64,000 nt of DNA, from positions 1-64,000 of IMG/VR virus record IMGVR_UViG_3300020577_004796; one strand, given 5' to 3'. Position 1 is the first letter of the stretch. Each line of letters opens with the position of its first letter. The stretch comes from a virus. Its lineage: Duplodnaviria; Caudoviricetes. This document shows, in pieces, positions 39,251-49,851 of the stretch. The notes under the pieces were generated by a model. The model did not search any database. It was not told where the DNA came from and worked only from the letters and a program-made list of their open reading frames with translations. A program made the translations under genes and the position numbers.

Positions 39251-40645
39251 ATGGAACAGAACAAAGCAGGACCTAATGGTCTCCCAACAGAGTATCAGAT
39301 ATACATCAGTGATGATAACTCAGAAGAAGGAAAAGAACTAATAAATAATAAAGCTGCTACTAAAGGTCATAGTCATGGAAGACATCGAACATATGGATCT
39401 TCTGGATACTATCATATCAAGGAGAATATGTGGTTCTACTATGGTACCAAGAGAACTGATATAGCAGAGATATCCTATGAAGACTGGAAGAAAGCTCTCA
39501 CTGAACCATCTACAGGTTATAAGGTAGGAGACTGGATCACTATACTGAATGGTGGCTGTAGGGTAGGCCCAGGAATGCAAGGGCATAAACTAGTAGGTAA
39601 TAGTTATCAGATATCATCAGTAGACCGGCAAACTCCTACAGAGTGGAAATACACATTAGAGGGAAATCCTGTCCAAACATCAGCAATAGTATGGGATAAA
39701 GCTACTATGGGTAGTCAACCCTACATCAGGCCGGCAGCACCTGAAGAAATAGCTAAGGCTACCGGTATACCTCTACCAACAGAGAGTAAAGAATGGGTAC
39801 CAAAAGTAGGTGAGTGGGTAGTGACAACCTCTACAGAATACAACTATACTGAGAATGGAGAAACAGGTAAAGTAGGTACAGTATACCAGGTACAGGAGGT
39901 GCTAAAAGATAAAGCTGGAGACTGGTACAGAAGAACTAAAGGGGCTACTGATGGTGCTAAAGTAATATCTCTCAGACCAGCCACTTCAGAAGAAATCAGA
40001 AAAGCTCAATCTAAGAATGGTAAGGAATGGGTATGTACTAGTGAAGATGGGGTGGAGTTGTATGATGGGAATATGGGATATTGGACCGAGTTAAAAGAAG
40101 GTACCTGGAAATGGTGTACTACCTGCCATATAAGTAAAGCACATATAGCAAAAGGTTGTAGTCTAACTACAGGAAACTTCAAAGTATTCTCCACAGAACA
40201 AGCAGCTAAAGAATGGATAAGCCGTCAAAGTACATCAGGGGAATGTAGGGAACCATGGTCACCAATACCGGTAACTGATGGACAAGTAAGAAACACTGCC
40301 AAAATAGGACAGAATGCAACATGTAGAGCAGGAAACTATAAAGGGCAATGGGGTGAAATAGTGAAAATGGATAAAGGGTTCTGGTATGACCTAAAAATGA
40401 AAGATGAAGAAGTAGTAACATGTTATCCATCAGAAATAGAAGAAATAAGAGTAAACAAATCAATAATCAATTCACAAACAAAAACCAAAACAAACAGTTA
40501 TGGGAACATCACGGAGAGCGACGCAGACAGCGTCAGAGCAATTAAATTATCGTCAATTACGCGAACAGTCGGACGATCAACTGAAGGACCAGCAGTTGCA
40601 ATACGACGTAAGAAGCAACCTAAACGGGTTGTCAGAGTATATTAA
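39251..40645 (+). CDS. Multi-module early protein with repeated SH3/KOW-like units
   Basis: Repeated KVG(D/E)W(I/V) modules and RPA(A/T).EEI.KA linkers. Confidence 0.65.
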   Translation: MEQNKAGPNGLPTEYQIYISDDNSEEGKELINNKAATKGHSHGRHRTYGSSGYYHIKENMWFYYGTKRTDIAEISYEDWKKALTEPSTGYKVGDWITILNGGCRVGPGMQGHKLVGNSYQISSVDRQTPTEWKYTLEGNPVQTSAIVWDKATMGSQPYIRPAAPEEIAKATGIPLPTESKEWVPKVGEWVVTTSTEYNYTENGETGKVGTVYQVQEVLKDKAGDWYRRTKGATDGAKVISLRPATSEEIRKAQSKNGKEWVCTSEDGVELYDGNMGYWTELKEGTWKWCTTCHISKAHIAKGCSLTTGNFKVFSTEQAAKEWISRQSTSGECREPWSPIPVTDGQVRNTAKIGQNATCRAGNYKGQWGEIVKMDKGFWYDLKMKDEEVVTCYPSEIEEIRVNKSIINSQTKTKTNSYGNITESDADSVRAIKLSSITRTVGRSTEGPAVAIRRKKQPKRVVRVY

Positions 40646-40835
40646 CAAGACTTCGCGTGAACTCGATGAAGCCAAGAAAAATCTTCAAAACGAATACAGA
40701 CGTGAGAAGATCGACTGGGAAATAGTTGCACAATGTAAGGACGCTATTAGCGATCTGGAAGCCGGCCTTGCGTCTTTGAAAGAAGACCGCCAAATGCTCT
40801 TTCCTGATTGGAAAGAAGTAGCTACTGAAGACTAA
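40500..40835 (+). CDS. Coiled-coil protein overlapping the 3' end of the upstream gene
   Basis: 111 aa, strong codon bias, A-rich leader before ATG 40500. Confidence 0.7.
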   Translation: MGTSRRATQTASEQLNYRQLREQSDDQLKDQQLQYDVRSNLNGLSEYINKTSRELDEAKKNLQNEYRREKIDWEIVAQCKDAISDLEAGLASLKEDRQMLFPDWKEVATED

Positions 40836-40934
40836 TGAAGCTCGGGCCACAGTGCCTCCGAATGTAGCCAAAGGGTAGATATACTCTGCGGCTACATTCA
40901 TCTTTTTAATGTTTAAATCTTTTATAAATAAAAC

Positions 40935-41310
40935 GGGCCCGAAAGGCAATCGACTTGCAATATTAAGAGCAACAGACATGCAGGGAAGGTGTGTTGACCA
41001 CTAATACACGCACAACAACAAATGCTAAAGTTAGCAAAAGCGCTATGACCTTTGGTCGTACTCGCACGATTGATGTTACTTCTTTCGCCCGCCCACGTGG
41101 CCTGGCGTTTGCAGCCTAACACCACTTCTGGTGAGAAGTAAACACACCAAAAACTGTTTTGAAATCTCAGTAAAGGATACCTTGACGTTGGAAGTAGATG
41201 TAAAGTATGCATAACTTCATAGTTTGATAGAACAATAAACTGATCTAAAGCATGTGAAAAGACTGTATTATTAAATTGTAAACACGTTCGTTCGAATCGA
41301 ACCGGGTCCA
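40935..41310 (+). ncRNA. ssrA: tmRNA (one-piece)
   Basis: 5' GGGCCCGAAAGGCAATCGAC; 3' GTTCG-TTCGAAT-CGAAC-CGGGTCC-A; G3-U70 alanine determinant; tag ORF 41024-41119 ends LAFAA*. Confidence 0.93.
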
Positions 41311-41376
41311 CGAATCCACAATAAATTTGGCGAGTCCACTTTTATTAAGAAATTCAGCCAAGTAAGAATGGCGCCA

Positions 41377-41415
41377 GGAGGAGTGCTGAATTAGGCAGTA
41401 TCTCCTCCTTTTTTT
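41377..41415 (+). terminator. Intrinsic terminator downstream of tmRNA
   Basis: AGGAGGAG/CTCCTCCT stem followed by a T run. Confidence 0.6.
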
Positions 41416-41753
41416 AACTCACTTAAAACTTATTTTATGTCACTCATTCTAAAATTACTTTTAAGCATTTGTATATTAATACTTCCGTGCTGCTTTAAAT
41501 TACCTGTACAACAAATAGTAAATTTAGAACTATGTTCTTTATTTATTAATATTTGTTTGTTTATAGTAGTTCCTACAAAAAGGAAACCTAAATCACGTAT
41601 GTATATTCATTATTTATATTTTACTGACGGAGATATAATACGTATAGAAAGTAAAGATTCGCGTCCAATAACAGCTTATCTTTCAAGTTCTAAATACTTT
41701 CCACATAAAGAAGTTTACGATACATATACTTTATAATCTTTAAAATTAATTTT

Positions 41754-41993
41754 ATGTGGTTATACACGCACGGGGAAGATGGTTTTGAAATAGGACCATT
41801 TGATGCTTTTACTAGAGCTGCTGCTATAAAAGCTGTACATTTAGCGATAAAGGAAGAGTTTGAGCCTGAATCAAAATCGTACGTTAAAATGCTTATCCAG
41901 GAGTTTAGGGAGAATCCTACATATCTACGGAAACTAAGTAAAGAACAACAAGAAAATATCAAACGAAACTATAATTTTTTGAGAGGTATGTAA
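41754..41993 (+). CDS. Hypothetical protein
   Basis: 79 aa ORF. Confidence 0.55.
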   Translation: MWLYTHGEDGFEIGPFDAFTRAAAIKAVHLAIKEEFEPESKSYVKMLIQEFRENPTYLRKLSKEQQENIKRNYNFLRGM

Positions 41994-42570
41994 ATGATGC
42001 TTATATGCAGACAGGATGAGTTAGACGTCTAGCTAATGTCAACAATATTTTCCGCTTTAAAGGTATAACCGTAATTATGGCACCTCTCATTTTTATTCAC
42101 TCACAAACTCACTGTTATGTATACTTCAAAAGTTAATTATTTAAAAACACTACCCATAGGGGATTTCATTATCTTTTGTTTATTATGTTTTCTTTCTTAC
42201 ATATGTGTAATACTATATTTAATCTTGTTTCATGAAGATATTTTTGGCAAGCTATTTGTAAATATAAAAAACTGGCTCAAAAAACCAATTTGGTAACTTA
42301 AACTTATTCATATGTTTGTACTCGAAGGATCTCCGTTGCTTCTTAATCTAATTATTTACAATACTTATAAAATTAGATTTGGATCAAAAATTAATTATGA
42401 GCTTTATTATGAGCTTATGAATCAAATAATAACTTAACCAGGTATGTGAGTGGATGCTATCAACCTAGGCCGTTTAAAGGGTACAGAGACAACTAGCAAA
42501 TAAATAATCGACCACCACATACCTGGATAAGAACTCAAAACATTTAACTCACTCAAAAAATCATTTTGAT

Positions 42571-42825
42571 ATGTACAACAATTATTTAATATACATAATG
42601 GGGTTCATAGTTGCTTTTCTAATAACAAGGTCTATTGCAAAAGTAATAGTGAAAGACATGGAAGGATCTGCTGCAAATCCAGGATGGGGGGCACTAACAG
42701 CTAGAGTTCTCCTTTCTTTTGGTAGTTGGATTACTGTTTTTAGTAGTTTGATAATGATAATAGTTTATTTAATTTATAAATTTATCGAAAATAAAAAAAT
42801 AGGTGATCCACCTAGCTGGCTATAA
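42571..42825 (+). CDS. Small two-TM membrane protein
   Basis: Two hydrophobic segments. Confidence 0.6.
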   Translation: MYNNYLIYIMGFIVAFLITRSIAKVIVKDMEGSAANPGWGALTARVLLSFGSWITVFSSLIMIIVYLIYKFIENKKIGDPPSWL

Positions 42826-44277
42826 CTAATTTTTAACCATTTCAAATTATTTCATATGATACGCTCAATATCAATAATCGCACTTACGTTGGTAATAATA
42901 ATATTTATCATAGGAGTTGGTGCGTTTATAAGTTCAAGACCAGATCCCCCAAGAAAGCCAAATATTGTCACTAACAAATACTTTACTTCACGTAACAATT
43001 ATCCATTAATTTGCCAATACGAAGCAACAAATATTTATGGTTACACTGAAGATTCGTGTGATAAGTACGATGTAGGTGACACATTAAAAACTTTTAAATA
43101 AAAAACATGCCTAAAACAAAAAATTGGTTACAAGAACACATCGGAAAGAATATTCAGATAATTAAATCTGATGAATCAGATATTATTACTGTCTTAGACG
43201 AAGAACACGTAGAGATCTTGTTTAACCAACAAGATACTTATGTATATGAGGAGATCGGTCCCATCAATGTAACAATCGTAGAAGATGCTTCAGAAATAAT
43301 ACAAGAAGAATCTTTTGCGGATCAATGGTTAGACAATCAAGCTAATAAGTATTAATGCACCTTATACGTTATTGGTTCAAAAAAACTGAATTTGAACGAA
43401 TGATAAACGATTGCCATCGCTATGATTTGTTTCACAGACGCAGAATTTATACATTTTGGGGTAAAAGAAAAACATATTAAAGTATAGTAGGGGGTCCAGG
43501 AACATGTAAGAGTGTACAATGTATGCCTTTGTATCGTAAACCCTCTACTACATATTTTATCACTCACTCAAATCAAACATATGATACTCATAGCAATAAT
43601 AGAAATGCCTGAAGAACACCAAAATCTTTCAAGAACTGTTATGGTATTTGGTGAAATCGAGTTACAAGCGCAAGAAGAAACAGTGGATGCTGAAGTAGAA
43701 GTAATCTCTTCGTGTCCATTACAATAAACTTTATCAAAATCTATATGGGTTGTGAGGAATCCCATTTTATATAAAAACTCTCTCTAACGAAAAAACCAAG
43801 ATATACGTTAGATTGTTTGCAGCACTTGGGCGCCTCTTGCGTGAGATCTTTAACGTGAAGAGAAGATGCGTTGCGCGAAAAGCTATATGCATTATGCGAT
43901 TCGTTTATAGAAGAGCTGGTCCAGAAAGATGGTTTGGGTTAACCCCCGAATCCTGGACCAGTTTTTTATTACTTACTCATTAAATATTATTTATTAACCA
44001 TAAAAAACAACTCAAATGAAACACTTGCTGTCACGCACACATTTGCCCAGAATTAAAGCTTTCACTTTCACACATAAAGGAAGTGACCCAGAAGTATTGG
44101 ATATTGTTGTTTATGCAAGTAATGCACAAGCTGCAGCTCATAAACTAAAAGTTCCTGCCGGAAGAAAAAAAGAAGATTACAAATTAAAGCCCGATGAAAC
44201 TGTCAAAGAAGAAAAAGAGAAAACTGTTCAAACTCTTAGTTAATCAACTCATTTTTAACAAATATTAAATTGATTTT

Positions 44278-44757
44278 ATGAAATTAAATGTAAATTCTTG
44301 GTATGGTAGGCTTTATTTGTCTACTTATGGTAAAGACAACACAGATACTTTACCAAATAATATATGTTCATTCTTTTGGCCATTACTCTTTGCCATAATA
44401 CTGTTTCCTTTATGTTGGCCGGGCCACGTAATAAATCTATTCACACCTAAAACTATGAATAGAACAAACGCTTTACAAACTGCTTTCCATTTACCAGCTT
44501 CTTTGTTTTTTGGAATACTTATAGCTTTGACAATGAATATCAAACAAATGGATTTGATGCGACTTTATTTGTATGGATTTATGGCGTTCGTATTTTTTTT
44601 CTTTTTTATTTTTGCTTTAGCTTTTGCTTGTTTTTATATTTCAGATAAAATAAAAGAAAGGCGCCCACTCACCCCTAAGAAAGTTAATCCGATTGTAGCC
44701 GGGTTTAGAGCCATTAAAGGTAAATATTGCACCCCCGTTACCTGGGAAAGAAAATAA
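44278..44757 (+). CDS. Membrane protein
   Basis: Three hydrophobic segments; NNICSFFWPL motif. Confidence 0.65.
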   Translation: MKLNVNSWYGRLYLSTYGKDNTDTLPNNICSFFWPLLFAIILFPLCWPGHVINLFTPKTMNRTNALQTAFHLPASLFFGILIALTMNIKQMDLMRLYLYGFMAFVFFFFFIFALAFACFYISDKIKERRPLTPKKVNPIVAGFRAIKGKYCTPVTWERK

Positions 44758-46467
44758 TTAACTCACATTAAACTTAAAAGCGTATGAAACTCCTTTGCGT
44801 TTTATTAATAACATTACCTTACTTATATTTTGCTTTCCAAGCCATAAGAAGGTTGGTGATACCTAAAAAGACTAATTTAACAGCTAAGCAATATTCTGAA
44901 GAAGTTGCTTTTCAAGCAGCTGTGGAAACAGTATGTGGTGCAGCCTGTTTTTTGGGATTCATACTGCTTTTTCTGTTTATTTAACTTATCCAGGATGACG
45001 GGGAGATTCCAACAACGCTTTGATTGTACATAAAGAGGCGGAGGGCTCCCCATCTAACTGGTATTACTCACACTCAACTGTTAGGTTATGCTCACAAACA
45101 CACTCGAAACACTCATTCAATCAAAAAATCCAACTAATGGTTCAAAACTTTGGTATATTCTTGAATTTAACAATCAATTAGCTGGTAAAATAACACCAGA
45201 AGTTAAAATCCAAGGGGATTGTTTTATACCATTAGGCTCTTATGTATGTGGAAAATGCATCCTTAAAGATGTAACAATTCCTTATAATACCGGAATAATA
45301 AGTCTTTCTGTACATAAAGAGCATGACAAAGTCGGTAAAATAGGTGATTTTGAATTGGTCAAAGACTTCAGAATCGCACGAGGAGTTTATGTTTCTGGAT
45401 TAATTCGTAAATCAGATCACGAATATATGAACGCTCGTATTATTTTAGGGTATGATTTATGTGTGTATAACAGAAATCATACTTCTAAACAAACCTACAA
45501 AAAAATACAGAAACAAAAACTTTGAGCCTGTAACCTATAAACTCTATCACTCTTTAAATTTGCAAGTATGAATGAAACTATAAAGAAATTAGAAAATGAT
45601 TTTGAGGTACAGTCTTTAGAAATCCTTGAACAAAAAGAAAGCATACTTGCTGATTCTTATTGGCAAAATCTAGCTTGGTTTAAAGAAATATGCAGATCAA
45701 AATCATTTAAAAGATTAAAGCAAGCTAAGGCTGTCGAGAAAATAAGAAATGAATGGATCGAAGTACAACAACAAATTATTTTACTCAAAAAACAAACTCA
45801 ATGAAAAGAAATCCATTACCGTTTATTATCATATACATGCTACTTTTAGCAGTATTTTTTGTTATGTCAGCAAAGTCATGTCCGGGCCAAAGCTTTGGAT
45901 TTAACACTGACACCTATCGTAAAGTATGTGTATCAGAGGAGCCAATTCCTTTATTTAACGTATTTGTAAACGATTCTTTGTGTGTTGAAGCCATAGAATT
46001 AACCACTGATAATTTGAAAGAATTATCTAATATGGAAAAACATTACCTAGTTACTACAGACGGAATAGCTGTTTGTCTTTACAGAAATAGATATTGTATA
46101 TTTCTGCCTGATACAAAAACTAAGTATGTTGTAACTTCCTTTCAAAATAAACCTGTTAATTATCATCTTGTGTGGTTTATCCAGGAGATAAGGAAGTGGC
46201 GCGCTCTAAATAATTCCATCACTTCAAATTAAATAAAATGAAAAAGCATTATTTAGCGACATCTGTGTTTACTACACAGCAAAAAGTTCTAAGGGGGGAA
46301 GATCTGGAAGAAATTATAGATTTACCTAAACCATGTAAAGAATTTAAATCCGTAGCAGCGCTTCAATTAATGAATTTTCATTTTGTATCTACTGAAGAAA
46401 TTCTTAATCCCTGGGCAAGAACTATTGCTGATCAGCATTTTCGTAACATTCATCTAAACTAAAACTC

Positions 46468-46851
46468 ATGCATAAAAAACTTTTAATACTTTTTGGAGTA
46501 TTGTTATTATTTTCTTCTTGTGAAGAAGCAAGTAAATTTAAAGTAACAATATATGCAAACAAGCACGGTACTTTTTGCGAATACTTAGTTGATTCTGCAA
46601 AAATGGTTGGGAACCGTTATGTGTTTAAATATAAAGATAGACATTGTAACTATCCTCAGCAAACAGAAGAAACTACTAATTGGGTTACACCCGCATCTGG
46701 TACAAATACACATGTTGAAGTTAGACCACCATTGGAAGAACAACTAACTAAACAAACAGAAGAACGTAAGAAAATACTTAGTTTTCTTATGGCGTTAGGC
46801 TGTGGAGTGACTCTTATTTTTATTTCACGTTCTTTAAAAAAAATTTTATAA
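46468..46851 (+). CDS. Putative lipoprotein with C-terminal TM segment
   Basis: MHKKLLILFGVLLLFSS-C lipobox-type signal. Confidence 0.6.
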   Translation: MHKKLLILFGVLLLFSSCEEASKFKVTIYANKHGTFCEYLVDSAKMVGNRYVFKYKDRHCNYPQQTEETTNWVTPASGTNTHVEVRPPLEEQLTKQTEERKKILSFLMALGCGVTLIFISRSLKKIL

Positions 46852-47043
46852 TGCTACAGTCAATAATTTTCTTTTTTGCATTATTAAGTAGTTTCACGGG
46901 TATTTTTGGCATAGCATTAATATCAAACGATAAAAAAGATAAACGCCTTGTATTGTTAGGTGTAATATCTCTTTTAACCTGCTGGTTATTATAGAGTTAT
47001 TTTTATCATATTTCTTAACAATTCACTAAACCAACAAAAAAAA

Positions 47044-47931
47044 ATGAAACAAAAAACGATTCAATTAGACAAAGAGCTTGAAATGATAGCTCAAAATGAC
47101 GAAAAAGCGTTTGAACCTTTGCAAGAAGTAAAACTTCTTTTGGCCGGAGATCATCAACAAGATGTTAACTTGATGCGGAGCCTTGCTGGTAATTCTAAAC
47201 TTATCCAGCAGGAGAAGATTGTTGGTGCCCAGTTAGAACTCGAAAGGTTCAACAGCCAATATGGTAAAACTTTTACTATAGATCAAATCAAAGCTTTGGC
47301 TGTAAAATATCACCTGCGCTTTTTGCATTCTACTAAATTTAAGGGAGACATGGATATCCAGGTTATCTCTAAAGTAAAAGAGTTTGCAAAAGAATACGAA
47401 GTCTCCTGCCTGGACGAGCATAGCCTCGGAACAAAATTCTTTATTATGGCACCGGCCGAATCTTTTCATATGACAACACGTTCTTTGAAAAGTGTTCGTG
47501 CCCAGGAAAAAGAAGAAGCTCGTAGGAAGCTTATGCTGGAGCGTGATCCTATTCTTTTCTATAAGATAGATCAAAAGCATTATCGCATGATCCACAAATG
47601 GGGCCGTGATCTCACAGCATCGAGAGCCACTATGGGCTGGTATTGGAAGAACTTCAAGAATTACTCTAAAGCAAACAGAATTGCGGTAGGTATTCTGTTT
47701 GTTCTTTCTGCTATTCTGATGAATGTCAAGTTATCAACATTGTCAGAAACAGAAACATTCCAGAAGTATTTCAATAGCGGATTGGTTTTCAGTTTCGCTA
47801 ATCTATTACTATTGTTAGTAATGGGCCTTGTTTTGGCTTTCCGTTTAGGTCGCGTTCAAAAAGAAGGTGAGCCTCGTGAAGCTTTATTTGGCGAAACCAA
47901 TTGGGATCAGTCTGAATTAATTTTGATGTAA
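47044..47931 (+). CDS. Conserved phage protein with C-terminal TM helices; paralog of 53860..54714
   Basis: KY.L....F.GD, F.I.APA, D..L.Y...Y..I.KWG motifs shared between the two. Confidence 0.65.
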   Translation: MKQKTIQLDKELEMIAQNDEKAFEPLQEVKLLLAGDHQQDVNLMRSLAGNSKLIQQEKIVGAQLELERFNSQYGKTFTIDQIKALAVKYHLRFLHSTKFKGDMDIQVISKVKEFAKEYEVSCLDEHSLGTKFFIMAPAESFHMTTRSLKSVRAQEKEEARRKLMLERDPILFYKIDQKHYRMIHKWGRDLTASRATMGWYWKNFKNYSKANRIAVGILFVLSAILMNVKLSTLSETETFQKYFNSGLVFSFANLLLLLVMGLVLAFRLGRVQKEGEPREALFGETNWDQSELILM

Positions 47932-49155
47932 AAACCGGAACTATAAGTTTTCCTGACAGGAAATGAAAATGTGCTTTCAGTTTAGTGTCAGCAGACTGGG
48001 AGGAGTGATAGATTAAGGTTGAGGGGAGAGACCCGAGATTCTTGATTTCACGATGCATCTAGCGCATTGAAATAAGGCTAACGAATCCAAGCCTTAAAGT
48101 GGATTTAGCTGTGGTATAGGTAATCTTTTTGTAGTTGTGGTTCAATTCCCACTATAATTAGATTGCCTTTACTACAGTTTATTTAAAAAATTATGAAAAA
48201 CGAAGAAAGATTTTTTACAGTGTATCTTTCTAATGATACACAAAGATCAATAAAAGCCAAAAGTCCTGATATTGCTTATATAAGAGTTCTCAGTTTTATC
48301 TTAACCAGAGAGATGGATAATGAAATTCTCTATATTGTAGATGAAAAAGATAAAAAGATTTACTACGATTTAGAGTGGGCTGTTATTATGAACGACGGAG
48401 ATAGCTTAGAAAGAATAAGTGGTAACCCACCAACATACACTGAAAAAGAAGTACTTGAAGCAATTTTAAGTTATTGTAGATATATAGGCAACGTACCTGC
48501 TTCTGCAGAACATTATTTTAACACACAAGTAAAAAAGAAATAAAAATGGGCGATAAGAAAAATTCTCCGTTACGCAACCAAAGAAGAAAGAATGTGGTAG
48601 AAAGACTATCACAACAATTAAAAGATAATGTAAAGTTGGTAAAGCAAGCTGGTACCGACTCCCTTATCCTGGAAGAGCCCTTATCAGAAAATGATAAAAA
48701 AAGAATTCTAACAGAATTATCTACCTTAGAAAGTAGAATAACATATTAAGATCTCATAAAAGGAGAAGTAGCCAGTTATCGTAAGACTGGTGTCTCTGGA
48801 GGGGTTGTGCGATGGTAACGGGTTGGCCGTAAGTAAGAAGGTGAAACAGACGACTTTGTCTCATCGAGGGGACATATACAGCACTTTTAGGGTACGAAGC
48901 GTTATACATCACTGAAAATTGGTCCATACAATTTATAGGAGGAGGGAACTACTTTCTAATCAGTAGTGGTTGAAGTCCACTGTACCCGCTAATAAAAATA
49001 CTGCAATATTGCAATCGTAGCTTAAATTTTCCAAGAGCATGGATACGAGCATAAGAGGACCCACTAACACATAGTCTCGCGACTATAAAGATTATATAGA
49101 AACCAACTATTACAAATCTTAGTAAGAATTTGTAGGGGAATAGTTGGTTTCTTCT

Positions 49156-49761
49156 TCACTTGTTTTTATTTTTACCTCTATAATTACAAGTTTGAGCATG
49201 GCAATTAGGACATAAGATTTCAAGATTTTCTAATGTATGATTAAAACAATTTCCATCTATATGATTTAATTCAATAGGTATTTTTACATTATTCCACATT
49301 TCTAGATTACATTTTTCACATTTATGTTCTTTTACTTTTTCTTTAATTAATCTATTTTTAAGTTTAAATGTGTGATATTGTGGATATTTACCATTTAATA
49401 TATCTTTTAGAGGATAAACTTGCTTGATGTTGGGTTTCTTACTTCCTTTTGATCCCTGATTAGGTTTGTATATGTTAAACTTAATCGCATATTTTTTAAA
49501 AGTATTAAAGTGAAGATTTGTTTTAGAACAAGCTTCACGCATAGTGTTAGAAGCCTCAATTGCATTTTTAATAATCGTTTCGATATTTAATTTATCTGTT
49601 GTAGTCATATATATAATATACGAACAATAATCGAGACTGCCAAATCTACATGTATATGAAACACACTCCAGAAGAATACAAAAAGAAAAAAGAATACGAA
49701 GCTCTTTATAAGAAAATAGGAAAAGATAGAGCTCGTGTTCGTAAAAATAAACGTTGTACAA
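49156..49761 (-). CDS. HNH endonuclease (lone minus-strand gene in the plus-strand block)
   Basis: CEKC..., LNHIDGN..N...NL..LCPNCH; true start likely ATG near 49606. Confidence 0.85.
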   Translation of the reverse strand: MYNVYFYEHELYLFLFSYKELRILFSFCILLECVSYTCRFGSLDYCSYIIYMTTTDKLNIETIIKNAIEASNTMREACSKTNLHFNTFKKYAIKFNIYKPNQGSKGSKKPNIKQVYPLKDILNGKYPQYHTFKLKNRLIKEKVKEHKCEKCNLEMWNNVKIPIELNHIDGNCFNHTLENLEILCPNCHAQTCNYRGKNKNK

Positions 49762-49851
49762 AACGCAGAGATAATTGGAAAAGTAAATATAGCGGAATTT
49801 GTCCTAGATGCGGTAGAAGTAAGTATGGAGATGATTGCTGGTAAATAATTC

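Noticed and set aside
41311-41415. HDV-like theta ribozyme after the tmRNA 3' end
   Set aside because: There is no room for P3/L3 between the nested helices; the topology is a simple H-type pseudoknot or terminator
48761-48960. RNase P RNA or SRP RNA
   Set aside because: The universal GAGGAAAGUCC / ACAGAA motifs and the SRP helix 8 motif were not found
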